Below the pieces are notes generated by a model, which was not told the DNA's origin, did not search any database, and saw only the letters and a program-made list of their open reading frames with translations. A stretch of DNA of 64,000 bases from Convolutriloba macropyga (taxonomy: Eukaryota), in contig NC_134468.1 of NCBI RefSeq assembly GCF_964194025.1, forward strand, positions 68,386,001 through 68,450,000, read 5' to 3'. How positions within the stretch are numbered: the first letter of the stretch is position 1; every line of letters begins with the position of its first letter. A program made the position numbers and the translations under genes. Positions 13,408 through 26,873 of this stretch are shown here, piece by piece.

Positions 13408-16400
13408 TTATATGTTGAGTGGTGCTGTATGAATACCGTCAGACTGAACAATGCGCTTAGGGTAGAAATAGGAAAGTCCTTTCTGTGTCTGCTCATACGT
13501 AGCAGCACAATGGTTTATTGTTCTGCAGCCTCTATTTGTTGAAGTAACATTGATAATTTCATCCATCACACGCCGATATTTCTCCATTGGTCCATCTTCG
13601 TTCTCTTCTAGTGTTCTCTTGTTGAGACTTTTACTGCTGAACTTATATTTTTCAGACTGTGCATCGTAGCAACAATAAATTTTGCTACAAAGACAAATCA
13701 TTTCGTACATCTGAATTATTCCTCGAAAAGGTCCGGTTCCCGTTTATCATGCTTCTTAAGCTTAGAACAACACGTTCTAGGGAAGAAATTTTGAATAGCA
13801 TCTGCTTGGAAAGAGTCATTACATTACATTCCTTCTGTCTCAATACTTCGCATTCATGATTTTTAGCAGGTCGAATACAATCATACAAATTCTCATGAGC
13901 TGGGCTAAATGGAGAGAATCTGTTTCCATCTCTAACTCCTCGAATTTATCCACATCGCAATATCTGTCACAGAAGTTACAATAGAGCTCCAACATACGCA
14001 GTTTATCGTACTGAGGTATGAAGAATCCAACTATTTTAGGTTCGCGGTGTTCAATTTTTGATTTTGCCAGCTGAACTTCTTTAAGCTCTTTTGAGACATT
14101 ATTCAATCACCTAAACTGTTTCCCATTGGTTGCTTTGTGCGTCTTCTCATCGTTCAAATATTTTGTCTCTGTATGTTTGCTTCTGTCCATAATCTGATAA
14201 CCGTAAGAGCTTTTACCCAAAAATAGTCTCAGCCAATAATAGTCTCAAATTCATAGTCTCAGCAACGATGCGGGAATCAGTATTTTCATTTCCACTTCTT
14301 CTAGCGTCATCCACTGATTGTACAAAGGTGTTGAAACGTTTTCTCGGCATTTATTGTACAAACCTATAAATTCTTGTATATTTCAGACCAAGACTGATGT
14401 ATAAATTTAGTAGGCGAGTAATAATTGTTCCATTTTCCAGATTGAAACTCGAAACTAGCATTCGTTGAGGTTGCTTCAATAAGTTGTTTTCAACAGCGTA
14501 ATCTCTCATATGATCTCCAATGTCAGCTCGACTAACGTTGAAAACTTTAAAAATAGTAGGGAAATTCGAAAACTAGTATTTCAAGCTTGCGGGAAATTCC
14601 AAATCACATTGTACTTATCCAAACATCTTCCCATCTATTATTATAGCTAATAGAGACTCTTGCTTCAAAGGTAGTTTGAAAGGAAAGTTCTTTTTCACGT
14701 GATTTCTGACATTTTCTTCTTTTTCAACAATTTCGCACCATTTACACTCCCAGATTTCAACAATCTTATATTCTTTACTTTTTAAGTAATCTCTTCTCAA
14801 TTCATCATGTTCTCTTTTTCTAATCCCTCTCTGTGTTTCCTCTTCCGAGAGACTTGCTTTAGCTTCCTGACAAGGACAGAAATGAAAGTAACAACCCATG
14901 GCTTCAAACACCGCATTACAATGTGTGCAAAATCCGTCTACGCTAAAACAATCAATCTTCTTCTGTTTTCCGGTTGTGTAGTAGCTCTCAATTTTACATT
15001 CGGAACGTTTTGATTGAAGATATGACATAACCATGTTCTCAAATGTTCGACATCTGTTTGTTCGAGCCCTGAATTTTTGAGAATCTGTATCAAATTCCCA
15101 TCGAGTGTAAAGTCCAGTGGGCATTTCTTGACACATTGAAAAGGGATAGAGTTGGCTAGCGTCAATACCTACGATAGACTTGCAAAGGTTTTCAGAGTTT
15201 CGTATGAAGGTCTGATCAACTACTGCTTTTCTAGTAAAAACAATAGATGGACCACCAGTCATATCCTCACGTATTTTGTCATGTAAATCTTTGTCAGCTT
15301 CAACAAATGGAAAAAACTTGTGGTTTGTTGACTTGTGAAGACAGATATTAGCCAAGTTCGGAAGTGTACATCCAAGTTTTAACATAAGGAGGGAGAAAGG
15401 TTGCATCGAGCTTTTCGGGAGAGTCGAACCATTCAGAGGGGAAGAATGCTTTGGTCTCACTTGTCTTGTATGCTTTAAGGAAAGAATCAAGTGAGGTAGC
15501 TCCACCGGGAAAGTTGAGGATATCGAGAAAATGCACAATACGAAACTTAAGAGAAACAAAGTGATTTGCCTTTTTAATAACAGTAGGTTGAATGTCGTGC
15601 TCATGATTAAGATAGGGTAGGAGATAGGACTTAATGAGATTTAAATCATATTTTCCACAATTGAATCCGAACACAGGTTAAGTATTTACATAACTCTGAA
15701 AGTGTTGCTGTAAGTCCAAAAGCCGGTTTTTCTGCATTCGGAGAAATTGCGTAGACATATCACTTTCATCATCTTCTTCGATACGTTCATCTTCACACTA
15801 AAATGTAGAAGTGTTTTGTTTCTTTCTTTTATTAAAATTTTCGCAAATTGCGTTAAATAATGCTCTGATTATCGTTTCAATAGAGGAAAACTTTGTCCGC
15901 ATTTCAGTTTTACTTTTGTTTGCTAAATTTTAAATAGTTTCAACAAAAGATATAATGAGAGCTTTGGGATCTTTATCGCTTAGGAAGACTGGTTCATCAA
16001 TTAAATTGGAGAAAATAAAGACAGAGATTGGTTCATACTTTCCAATCCAAGTGGTTGTGTTTGCGTCTTTTAATTGCTCGGAGGGTACACATATCGATTC
16101 AAATTCAAAAACAGCCAAGCTTTTGAACAATTTGTGATCATCGCTGTAAGAGATTTCAAATCCGTCAAGTTTATCAAATAAGGTCTTGCGCAACGTATAC
16201 ACACTCTTTGGATAACTATGCTGTACTCTGTTTTTAGACGTTTTAGCATGGCGGTTGAAATTTCCCGCTTTCTGAATGAGTGTAGTATCGCAACTGGGAC
16301 AACGGAATTCTTTAAAGAATCGTTGTTGTAACGTCATCATAACGTCATTAATATTTTCTCTTAATAAATAAATATTGTCTCATACATTTCAACATTTCTC

Positions 16401-17498
16401 CTCGCAAATTCAACAACAAAATCTCCATCTACAATGTCAATATCGTAAATAAATATGTTGTGCTTTATCGCATGTTCAACAAATACAAGATGATTGATCG
16501 ATACCCCTCTGAAGTTGATTGCGTCATGTCCAGATTTATGGAGGAATGCACTGAACAAGTTTTTTGCATTGGTGTCAAGCTCCGATGATCCATTTAAGTG
16601 AACAGCTATAGCTCGGAATAAACAAAAACAATCTTTGTAAGTCTCGCCGTAGCCATTCAATACAACACAATTCACATCTGGTCGTCTGAGTAACTGTTCA
16701 GGAAGAACAGCATCGATACCTCCCATTGGAATGGTTTTTAAGAGAGCGCAGAATATTGTTACATTGGTAGTCAGAGCAAGTCACCATTTTGTATTCCCCG
16801 CTCCTGAGCACACGTCTCCACCAAATCCATCTTTTCAATCTTGTCCTGAAGAGAGACTATGTCTTGTTTGGAACATAGTAGATAAAATTTCTCGAAGAAA
16901 GTGTTGTTTTCGTGAGCGTAGAAGTATCGATACTTGTCCGTGTCACATTTAATATAAAACCCAGAGCCAGGTTGACTTTGGCTGCACAGTTAAGTTTTTC
17001 GAATACTTCTTTCAACTTTTTATTAAGTTCATGAGAATTGAGCTTCGACAGCTTGAAGTTGAACACATGATCTTTTCAATTTGCCATCTGAGTATCGACA
17101 AAAATGTGCTGACAAGCACTAAGTTCTTGTTGCAGCTTCTCGTTGTCCTTTTCCAATTCCTCTGAATCTAGAACTTCTCTATGTTTTTCACTCGATTTTG
17201 TTCCAACTTTTGCGGAAGTTCCATGCTTTCTCCTCTTGTAATGTTGAAGAAAATAGAAACTCGGAAACTCCTCCAAGCATACAGTATACATAGTAGTTAG
17301 CTTTGTATCCTTAGGAGCGTGATGATTTGCAATGTGGTAATTCATGTCTTCTTTCTTTTTTGTACTGAAATGTGGGAATTTGGGACAAAATAAAGTCCCA
17401 CTATCACAAGACTCCTTGTGTCTTGCCATATTCTTCCTCACCACCATTTTGTTGCACTTGGTGCATTTCACTGGGAGATTTCTATCAAGAGCAGGCAT
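13408..17498 (-). pseudogene. polB: Protein-primed family B DNA polymerase with N-terminal C2H2-like zinc fingers, fragmented
   Basis: LAVFEFES (ExoI), GFNCGKYD (ExoII), GGPSIVF, DASQLYP (motif A), SSYGYQIMD (motif B), EMETDS (motif C), KGLSYFYPKR C-terminus. N-terminal CTKC...RHKESC and related C/H clusters. Confidence 0.93.
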
Positions 17499-17689
17499 TG
17501 TTTTGGAACAAGATGAAACAAATTTGGGTATAGTGACGAACAACTAATTGTGAAAAAAACAAAAAGAGAATGAAAGAAATTATTTTTGTACAATTAGGGA
17601 ACGCAGCTATGACGCATCACTCCATATATGGAAATTTATCAATTCCATTTTAGGAAGCTTGTCGTCATAACCGAACATTCTAAAACAAA

Positions 17690-18464
17690 ATGAATAAACC
17701 AATCAGATTCTTCCGTACAAATACCCTAAATATTTATGAACATTCACTTTAAATGTGCGAATTCATTCCTTGGCGTAAACTCAAAAATCTCAAATCATCC
17801 TTATATAAATTCTTAATTATTTCTGTTACATTTCATATAATTTTTCCTATTTCATCTAGATATAATCCAAAAATATACTCACAACACATTCAAACAAATT
17901 GTTCCAATTTTAATGAACTCTGCTATGCAAATTTGTGTATATCCACAATTGACAAAAATCGGTGCTCGCAAACAAATCTAGTTGTTTTGAAAATTGAAAT
18001 TAGCACATGAATGTGTTTCTGCAACAATGTTAAAGATATTGAAAACAAATATACATCAATACTCAGGAACAAATATTAACTGTAAAACTTAAGGTTATTG
18101 TCTTGGAACCTCTCAAACAATCAGAATCCCGTGTTAAAGGAACTATTCTGAAGATTAACAATTTTATTTTGTGTAATTGTTTCCTAATTTTAACTTTCTT
18201 TTACATAAACAGTGTTGCGTGAAATTTTGCTCAAAAACATACAAAAGGGAAGAAGGAATTGCCGACGCTTACAAAGTTGACGAGGTTGAGGTTGATACCT
18301 ACTTTTTCTACAATTTCTTGGGCATTTGTGTTCAGAATGGCAGAATAATCCGATTTAGTAAAAGATTTGAATATGCAAGATTTTCCATTAAAAAATTCAA
18401 ATTTGATGATTATATAACGAAACAATCATTTGATTTATCGTCAGAGATACACATTAATAAGTAA
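17690..18464 (+). pseudogene. Possible Polinton accessory ORF remnant of unknown function
   Basis: Consecutive plus-strand ORFs 17753..18010 and 18177..18464, divergent from pPolB. No motif recognised. Confidence 0.3.
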
Positions 18465-18651
18465 AAAATTTTATTTGTTTTGAATTCTCTTCCTGGTATT
18501 TTAGAACAGTACAGAAATTTAGCACAGGCGGACTGTATTCCAATTCCCGATCCCATAGCAATCACTTCGTCTGTACAAAGCGCGTTCTTTTTCCAATACT
18601 ATACACAACACAATTCTGATGGGGTAAGAATTCAATTTGGAATTCGACTAC

Positions 18652-18654
<3 letters not shown>

Positions 18655-18695
<41 letters not shown>
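18655..18695. repeat. (AT)n microsatellite
   Basis: About 20 uninterrupted AT units. Confidence 0.98.
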
Positions 18696-18697
<2 letters not shown>

Positions 18698-18796
18698 AAA
18701 TTCCGTTCCAAGTAAGGAAAACTATCCAATATTGGTTTAAAATTTAACGAAGTCTAACAAATTTTTCAGAGCTTGACATTTTTGGTAAATTTTGTC

Positions 18797-20510
18797 AATT
18801 CGTTCCCACTCAGCTATCCATATTTAGTATACAAGTAATCAAATCATGTGTTACATGTATTAGTCGAAAACTATATTTTGTGTCTTTTCACGCTTTAAAG
18901 TTCCTGTGTCGTGTATGATCATCACTTTTATAACAAATGAATTCGTTCCCACTCAGCTATACATATTTAGTATACAAGTAATCATATCATGTGTTACATG
19001 TATTAGTCAAAAACTATATTTTGTTTCTATTCACGCTTTAAAAATCCTCTGTCGTGAATGGGCATCAATTTTATAACAAATTCTTCTACATTTTTTTACG
19101 TTACAAACCTTTCATTTCCTGTTTTGGTTACTAGCGTCACTTTTTCTACAACATGTTTCCTTCTTTGTTAAGTATTGATACTAGCACATGGTCAGCAAAC
19201 GACCAACAGAACTTTGATCCGGCACAGTACTATGGTTCTACTGATATGTCGACTACTCCATCAATGACAACACCTTCCATAGAAGATGGAACAGCCCACA
19301 ATCCAATTTTGCTGACTAACGAAAATTCAACAACTCCAATCAATTCGTTCCCACTCAGCTATCCATATTTAATATACAAGTAATCATATCATGTGTTACA
19401 TGTATTAGTCAAAAATTATATTTTGTTCCTTTTCACGCTTTAAAGTTCCTGTGTCGTGAATGAGCATCACTTTTGTAACAACTTCTTCTATATTTTGTTA
19501 CGTTACAAACCTTTCATTTCCTGTTTTGGTTACTAGCGTCACTTTTTCTACAACATGTTTCCTTCTTTGGTAAGTATTGATACTAGCACATGGTCAGCAA
19601 ACGACCAACAAAACTTTGATCCGGCACAGTACTATGGTTCTACTGATATGTCGACTACTCCATCAATGACAACACCTTCCATAGAGGATGGAACAGCCAA
19701 CAATCCAATTTTGCTCACTAACGAAAATTCAACAACTCCAATCAACTCGTTCCCACTCAGCTATCCATATTTAGTATACAAGTAATCATATCATGTGTCA
19801 CATGTATTAGTCAAAAACAATATTTTGTTCCTTTTCACGCTTTAAATTCCTGTGTCGTGAATGAGCATCACTTTTATAACAAATTCTTCTATATTTTGTT
19901 ACGTTACAAACCTTTCATATTACTGTTTTGGTTACTAACGTCACTTTTTCTGCAACATGTTTCCTTCTTTGGTAAGTATAAATACTATTACATGGTCAGC
20001 AAACAACCAACAGAACTTTGATCCGGCACAGTACTAACACCTTCCATAGAGGATGGAACAGCCCACAATCCATTTTTGCTGACTAACGAAAAATCAACAA
20101 CTCCAATCAATTCGTTCCCACTCAGCTATCCATAATTAGTATACAAGTAATCATATCATGTGTTACATGTATTAGTCAAAAACTATATTTTGTACCTATT
20201 CACGCTTTAAAGTTCCTGTGTCGTGTATGAGCATCACTTATATAACAAATTCTTCTATATTTTGTTACGTTACAAACCTTTCATTTCCTGTTTTGGTTAC
20301 TAAGTCACTTTTTTTACAACATGTTTCCTTCTTTGGTGAGTATTGATACTAGCACATGGTCAGCAAACGACCAACAGAAATTTGATCCGGCACAGTACTA
20401 TGTTTCTACTGATATGTCGACTACTCCATCAATGACAACACCTTCCATAGAGGATGGAACAGCCCACAATCCAATTTTGCTGACTAACGAAATTTCAACA
20501 ACTCCAATCA
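18797..20510 (+). repeat. Tandem array of ~402-bp units inside the Polinton
   Basis: Units start AATTCGTTCCCACTCAGCTAT at ~18797 (partial), 18940, 19342, 19744 and 20109. Each long unit contains the MFPSL(L/V)SI... ORF start. Confidence 0.93.
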
Positions 20511-20614
20511 GCATTCATCCATCTAATACTCCAGCAATCTTTGAACGTTCTAGACCTTTTGGGAATGAGATTCAAAACTTGCCAGATTATGTATTGAGAA
20601 CTCTGTTTGAATAG
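20321..20614 (+). CDS. Small S/T/P-rich Polinton accessory protein (97 aa); 3'-truncated copies at 19153, 19555 and ~19957
   Basis: ATG-initiated open frame repeated across the array. Only this copy carries the ...LPDYVLRTLFE C-terminus. Function unknown. Confidence 0.5.
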   Translation: MFPSLVSIDTSTWSANDQQKFDPAQYYVSTDMSTTPSMTTPSIEDGTAHNPILLTNEISTTPISIHPSNTPAIFERSRPFGNEIQNLPDYVLRTLFE

Positions 20615-21568
20615 ATTTGAGTTTGTATGATTTTCCAGCTTCATTCGTACTGAATTTTAACAGAAAAGTTGTAGATTATATATACATTTTCCAGGTGATG
20701 TATTTAAACATTTCTTATAATATAATCTATCTTATATGAGCTTTCTTTTCTAAACCAGTTCATTAGGATATCATTAAATAAAATTTTGATTTTTTTTATT
20801 TCAGAAAGAGCATCATCAACACTCGGCATTTGACAAAAATACTTGATCCAAAATTTGATATTTAAGAAAAAACTGAGCAGAAATTTGATTTCTATGAAAA
20901 AAAACTTGAATGAAATCTCGATTTATAAGTTGTTTTAGTAAATAAAAACTTGTTATTTTGAAAACTAAAAACTCTCATTTTTTGCGTTAAATTATACTGT
21001 AAACTGAAGAAATTCAGGATAAAGTTTGCGTTTTATTGTATCCAATTGGAGTCCATTTTTCGATATTTAAACAAAAAAATTCCTAGAAAACTCGAGGTTT
21101 AACAAAAATTTTGTTGAGAAAACCCGACTTTTGTTAAAATAAGTTTTTCAAAAACCCAACATTTAACAAAATTTTCGTGAAAAAAACTCGACTTTAAAAA
21201 GAATAATTTGTTACAAAACTCAACTTGTAACAGATTAGAGGTATCAGTTTAAACATTTAGGAAAGATTGTAGAAAAATATGAAATTGAATTTTTTTTTTG
21301 ATTTTTTAGCCAAAACATAAAACTTAAACTAGGTAAATAATTGTGATGTAAATACAAATTTATTACTTTCTAATTTCAAAATATAACAGAGTTATCAATT
21401 AAGTCATGACAGTCTAACAATCAGTCAACAATTTTTATCAATTCACTCTCATATTTCGAGTTCTTAAGACGCTTAATTCTGTCTTGAAATGTGTCTTAAA
21501 TTCTCTCGTTTTTGTGCTTACATTTCTTTGTTCAGCTAGCAGTAAATGTCTCTTGAACTTTTTTCTAC

Positions 21569-21967
21569 TCAATCATTCCTTGGACACACTAGGTAACTTC
21601 TCATCTCAACAAATTTGTTCTCATAGTTGTGTTGTACTTCTCTGTCTAACTGAGTAAAGACAAGTCCTGATTCTTCCAAAATTTTAACAAAGAATTGATG
21701 TTTGTATAATGTATATAAACAATCGACTGTCTGATATAAATAGGAGAGATCTTCCAGTTTTTGTTGCCACATTTCGGTGGAGGAAGATATGAGAACAATG
21801 TGATATCGACAAGTTTTCAGGGGACAGAAACTGTTGTTTGAATCAATAACATATTCACTTGTAACAATATATGGTCTATAATCTTTAACAGATACAGATA
21901 AAAACAACGCCTTTTCACAAAATTTTTTGTAAAAGTTTGGTAAAGCCTGGCACATAACTGCTGCCAT
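21569..21967 (-). CDS. Polinton accessory protein of unknown function (132 aa)
   Basis: ATG-initiated ORF MAAVMCQALPNFYKK...CPLKTCRYH. The duplicate at 23574..23846 has a premature stop. Confidence 0.55.
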   Translation of the reverse strand: MAAVMCQALPNFYKKFCEKALFLSVSVKDYRPYIVTSEYVIDSNNSFCPLKTCRYHIVLISSSTEMWQQKLEDLSYLYQTVDCLYTLYKHQFFVKILEESGLVFTQLDREVQHNYENKFVEMRSYLVCPRND

Positions 21968-23448
21968 TATGTAAAATTATTTAGTATGTTCAAATAAGGA
22001 AATCAATTTCTTTGGAACTCAAAATCCAAATAAGATAATTAACTTATATACTATAAATGAACCCAAATTCCAAATAAGGAAATCATATTATTTAATATAA
22101 ACGAAATCAAATTCCAAATAATGAAACCAATGAAATTGTCATGCTCAATTTAAAATCTCATTTGAACTATGAATCAATTCAAGAAACAGCGGATAAAAAA
22201 AAATCGATGTTTTAGTTGTTCAAAATATTTTCGTCACTACTTCCCTCTAAATTAGTCAAAAACTATATTTTGTACCTATTCACGCTTTAAAGTTCCTGTG
22301 TCGTGTATGAGCATCACTTATATAACAAATTCTTCTATATTTTGTTACGTTACAAACCTCCAAACAGCTCCAATCTACAAACTCCAATCAGCATTCATCC
22401 ATCTAATACTCCAGCAATCTTTGAACGTTCTAGACCTTTTGGGAATGAGATTCAAAACTTGCCAGATTATGTATTGAGAACTCTGTTTGAATAGATTTAA
22501 GTTTGTATATTTTTCCAGCTTCATTCGTACTCAATTTTAACAGAAAAGTTGTAGATTATATATACATTTTCCTGGTGATGTATTTAAACATTTCTTATAA
22601 TATAATCTGTCTTATATGAGCTTTCTTTTCTAAACCAGTTCATTAGGATATCATTAAATAAAATTTTGATTTTTTTTAATTCAGAAAGAGCATCATCAAC
22701 ACTCGGCATTTGACAAAAATACTTGATCCAAAATTTGATATTTAAGAAAAAACTGAGCAGAAATTTGATTTCTATGAAAAAAAACCTGAATGAAATCTCG
22801 ATTCATAAGTTGTTTTAGTAAATAAAAACTTGTTATTTTGAAAACTAAAAACTCTCATTTTTTGCGTTAAATTATACTGTAAACTGAAGAAATTCAGGAT
22901 AAAGTTTGCGTTTAATTGTATCCAATTGGAGTCCATTTTTCGATATTTAAACAAAAAAATTCCTAGAAAACTCGAGGTTTAACAAAAATTTTGTTGAGAA
23001 AACCCGACTTTTGTTAAAATAAGTTTTTCAAAAACCCAACATTTAACAAAATTTTCGTGAAAAAAACTCGACTTTAAAAAGAATAATTTGTTACAAAACT
23101 CAACTTGTAACAGATTAGAGGTATCAGTTTAAACATTTAGGAAAGATTGTAGAAAAATATGAAATTGATTTTTTTTTTGATTTTATAGCCAAAACATAAA
23201 ACTTAAACTAGGTAAATAATTGTGATGTAAATACAAATTTATTACTTTCTAATTTCAAAATATAACAGAGTTATCAATTAAGCCATGACAGTCTAACAAT
23301 CAGTCAACAATTTTTATCAATTCACTCTCATATTTCGAGTTCTTAAGACGCTTAATTCTGTCTTGAAATGTGTCTTAAATTCTCTCGTTTTTGTGCTTAC
23401 ATTTCTTTGTTCAGCTAGCAGTAAATGTCTCTTGAAATTTTTTCTACT

Positions 23449-23846
23449 CAATCATTTCTTGGACACACTAGGTAACTTCTCATCTCAACAAATTTGTTCT
23501 CATAGTTGTGTTGTACATCTCTGTCTAACTGAGTAAAGACAAGTCCTGATTCTTCCAAAATTTTAACAAAGAATTAATGTTTGTATAATGTATATAAACA
23601 ATCGACTGTCTGATATAAATAGGAGAGATCTTCCAGTTTTTGTTGCCACATTTCGGTGGAGGAAGATATGAGAACAATGTGATATCGACAAGTTTTCAGG
23701 GGACAGAAACTGTTGTGCGAATCAATAACATATTCACTTGTAACAATATATGGTCTATAATCTTTAACAGATACAGATAAAAACAACGCCTTTTCACAAA
23801 ATTTTTTGTAAAAGTTTGGTAAAGCCTGGCACATAACTGCTGCCAT
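23449..23846 (-). pseudogene. Duplicate of the 132-aa accessory ORF with a nonsense change
   Basis: Near-identical to 21569..21967, but CAA>TAA after ...LYKH. Confidence 0.6.
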
Positions 23847-24403
23847 TATGTAAAATTATTTAGTATGTTCAAATAAGGAAATCAATTTCTTTGGAACTCA
23901 AAATCCAAATAAGATCATTAACTTATATACTATAAATGAACCCAAATTCCAAATAAGGAAATCATATTATTTAAAATAAACGAATTCAAATTCCAAATAA
24001 TGAAACCAATGAAATTGTCATGCTCAATTTAAAATCTCATTTGAACTATGAATCAATTCAAGAAACAGCGGATAAAAAAAATTCGATGTTTTAGTTGTTC
24101 AAAATATTTTCGTCACTACTTCCCTCTAATGCAAAACAGATGTGCTAAACACAAAGACCCTTTTTCTATAATGATTCAAAAGTTTTCTCTTGTAAAAATT
24201 TCTGATTAGAATTCCTTTTAAGGAAAAGTGTAAATAGACATATTTTTGTCTCACATTTTAGAAATTTGTGTGAAAACAATGATGTCATTAGCATAAAAAA
24301 AATTCTCTTTGGTAGAGGGACTTAAAATTTTAAGCAAATCATTTACTTCTCGCAGCTTACTCAAGTTACGTAAACGTCTCTCTCAAAAGTATCTCCTATT
24401 TAA

Positions 24404-25740
24404 TTGAGCCCTCCACCAATGATTACAGATTCACAACCCAAATTGGGTACTGATTCCGTCTCAATTTTTATAGATTTGGTTCTCCTCCAAACAGATTTGG
24501 GAGGTTTACTGTGTCCCAAATATATAGAAAGGGACAAAATTACTCTCAACCAATTTTTCAAGTCTTTAAAAAAGAAAAATGTGGAACATTTGAAAAGTAC
24601 CAACAACTGAGAGATGGAGATTACGAATTCAAGAAGTTTTGTCTCCCTAAGAACGATCTGCTGAGAGAATCCAGTTCAATTTGAGAAGAACCCAAAAATG
24701 GAGGATTTGCTGCAACAATGTCACAAAGCAAGAGAGATCAGCATTGGAAAAAACCGAAGACTCTACATTGCCTTTATACAGTACGTTCAGGACAATCCAA
24801 CTTCAGTTTATGTCCAGATCCGATTTGTTGCAAAAAGAGCAATGAGTTCAAGCAAGTGAGCTATGTCAGCTGTAAAATGGAAGAATTCAAGGAACTGGTT
24901 CAAAATCTTAAAGATTTCACCAATTTTGAACAATGTACATTTCAATAATAACTGCTGCGCAGTTTAATAATGTGTTTTTATACATTGGATAATAAATATT
25001 TCGTAAATTATATGTATGTGTCTTCTGAGTAAACATTTTTTTCTTTTGAAATTTTTTACTCCTAAAATGATTTGGGATATTGTATGCTCTAGAAACGTTT
25101 TCTTAAGTCTTAGAGACAAGTCAAAAGTTTTTCACGTCAGGTTGCATTACGAGCAACAGTTCATGAAGCGCAAAAGTTTCCCAATTTGGATAATTTAGAC
25201 GTAGAATCCCAAATTTTTGAACTTAGGTGCGTTATTCATAATGATATGCGCAGAACAACTCTAACATATCGTTCTGACAAACAAGAACTTTCCATTTCTC
25301 AACATTGATGGAACGGATATCAGTGGATTTTTCGTACAAAAGGGTGGTTTGAAAAAAGAAGAGTATAAAAATCTAGTAGATCAACTACCAACCCTTCTTG
25401 ACTGTATAGAAATTTACAAAAAGACTTGCATTATTTCGGACGAAACAACTCAGAGTCAATGAATATCGTTACTCTGTTCAACATTTTCAAATGTTTCGGA
25501 AGCACTGTTCCCTACGAACCAAAAACGTAAAAACTGTTTTCTTGCAGCTTTTAAAATTTGAGACCGAAATATTGATTTAAACGAAATTGATCAAAAGTTT
25601 TCTCACGGAGGAATAATTGGATATTGAAGCTCTCTCTTGGTTTTTTTCTTAGCTGTAAAAACAACAACAGACGGAGACCAGGTTATTGTTACATGCTGCC
25701 GCAAGCTCCCCAGCTCCTGTCTTCTAGGTCATATAACTGG
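24404..25740 (+). pseudogene. Fragmented Polinton accessory ORF(s), unknown function
   Basis: A run of short co-oriented ORFs (24404, 24718, 25016) with coding-like composition. No family recognised. Confidence 0.3.
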
Positions 25741-25819
25741 AATATTCTTTTGTCTCTACATCAAAGTCTGTCACCCTCAAGTTTTTAAAATACTAGATAA
25801 ATAATCATTTTTAATTTAT

Positions 25820-26302
25820 CGCAGCTAAAAAGAAGATAACTCCCGTTGTGTTTGATATTGAGTGCTTGGAGGGAACAGTTGTTAATGAGCTGGGAATTTT
25901 CAAGGACGGAATTGGGTTGGGATACACATTCCTCCCACCGAATGACTACAAGCAATCATTTCAAGCAACGTGGAAAACAAAAAATTACATGGAATCTACT
26001 GGAGTAAAGGAAAAGTTGACTACTCAGATCTTCCAAGCATAATTCATCAATAATGTTCTCCTACAACCGAATACTTTGCGAAAGGATTGGAAAATTGTAA
26101 AATTGAATCCGATTACTTATGTAAGGATGTAGAAAACTTGGACAATTTTGGTTGTCTAAAAGCCTCTAAGTTGACTTCCAACGAAGATACTATCTATGAA
26201 AGTAGTGACTGCCGCTACCGACACCAGAAAACAATGCACTGTGCGGAGAAGAAAGCTTATGCTGATGGAACTTGGGTTCCTAATTTTTTTGACAAAATTT
26301 AA
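25820..26302 (+). pseudogene. DEDD/DnaQ-fold (possibly Maelstrom-like) nuclease
   Basis: VVFDIE...VNELG, (frameshift) KLHGIYWSKG, YFAKGLENC, ENLDNFGC, CRYRHQKTMHCAEKKA. Confidence 0.6.
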
Positions 26303-26873
26303 TATTTGTAAAATTTTTTATGTACTTTAATTGCGCTGTATCGTATTACCTTTCAATTAATTTCAAAAATCATTTTATTCTTTTACAAAACATAAAAAAG
26401 TTGCATCAAAAATGAAAAAATTGAGAAAATTGAATTAATTTTTAATTTATTTTCCCTTTTTATGCTTTCTTTTATTAATTCCTATAAAGAGACAGTGTTT
26501 TGGCTATCGCTGTTGTTTGTTTCTTTTTTATGTTTAGAAGCTTATCTCATTTTTTATTTATTTACATGGCAGTCCAGTTGAAACATTTTTTCTATCACCT
26601 CAATGATAGCGTTTAAATGACTAAGCTTACAGATAAGGGATTAAATTTGGGTAATTTTGTCTTTGATGACAATAATTAAGAACGACAATCATGGAAATGT
26701 TTTGGACAGACTTGTAATAGGTCTCTAGTCGTTTTTCTGTCCCATTTTTTTGTACTTGTAATTCGGGTCTGTTGCATAGTAGCAATAGCATTGGCTACAA
26801 CGTGTAAAGAAACAACACTTTGGATTGCAATTCTTTCGAGTACAGTTGGTAATTTTTTACCTTCACCTAATTT

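Larger units (their letters stand above)
20171..24129. repeat. Direct tandem duplication (20171-22250 and 22251-24129)
   Basis: Both copies start ATTAGTCAAAAACTATATTTTGTACC and end TTCCCTCTAA. The second copy lacks ~200 bp near its start. Confidence 0.95.

Noticed and set aside
18480-18740. ORF with IYIYIY run
   Set aside because: The run comes from the (AT)n microsatellite; no other support for coding.
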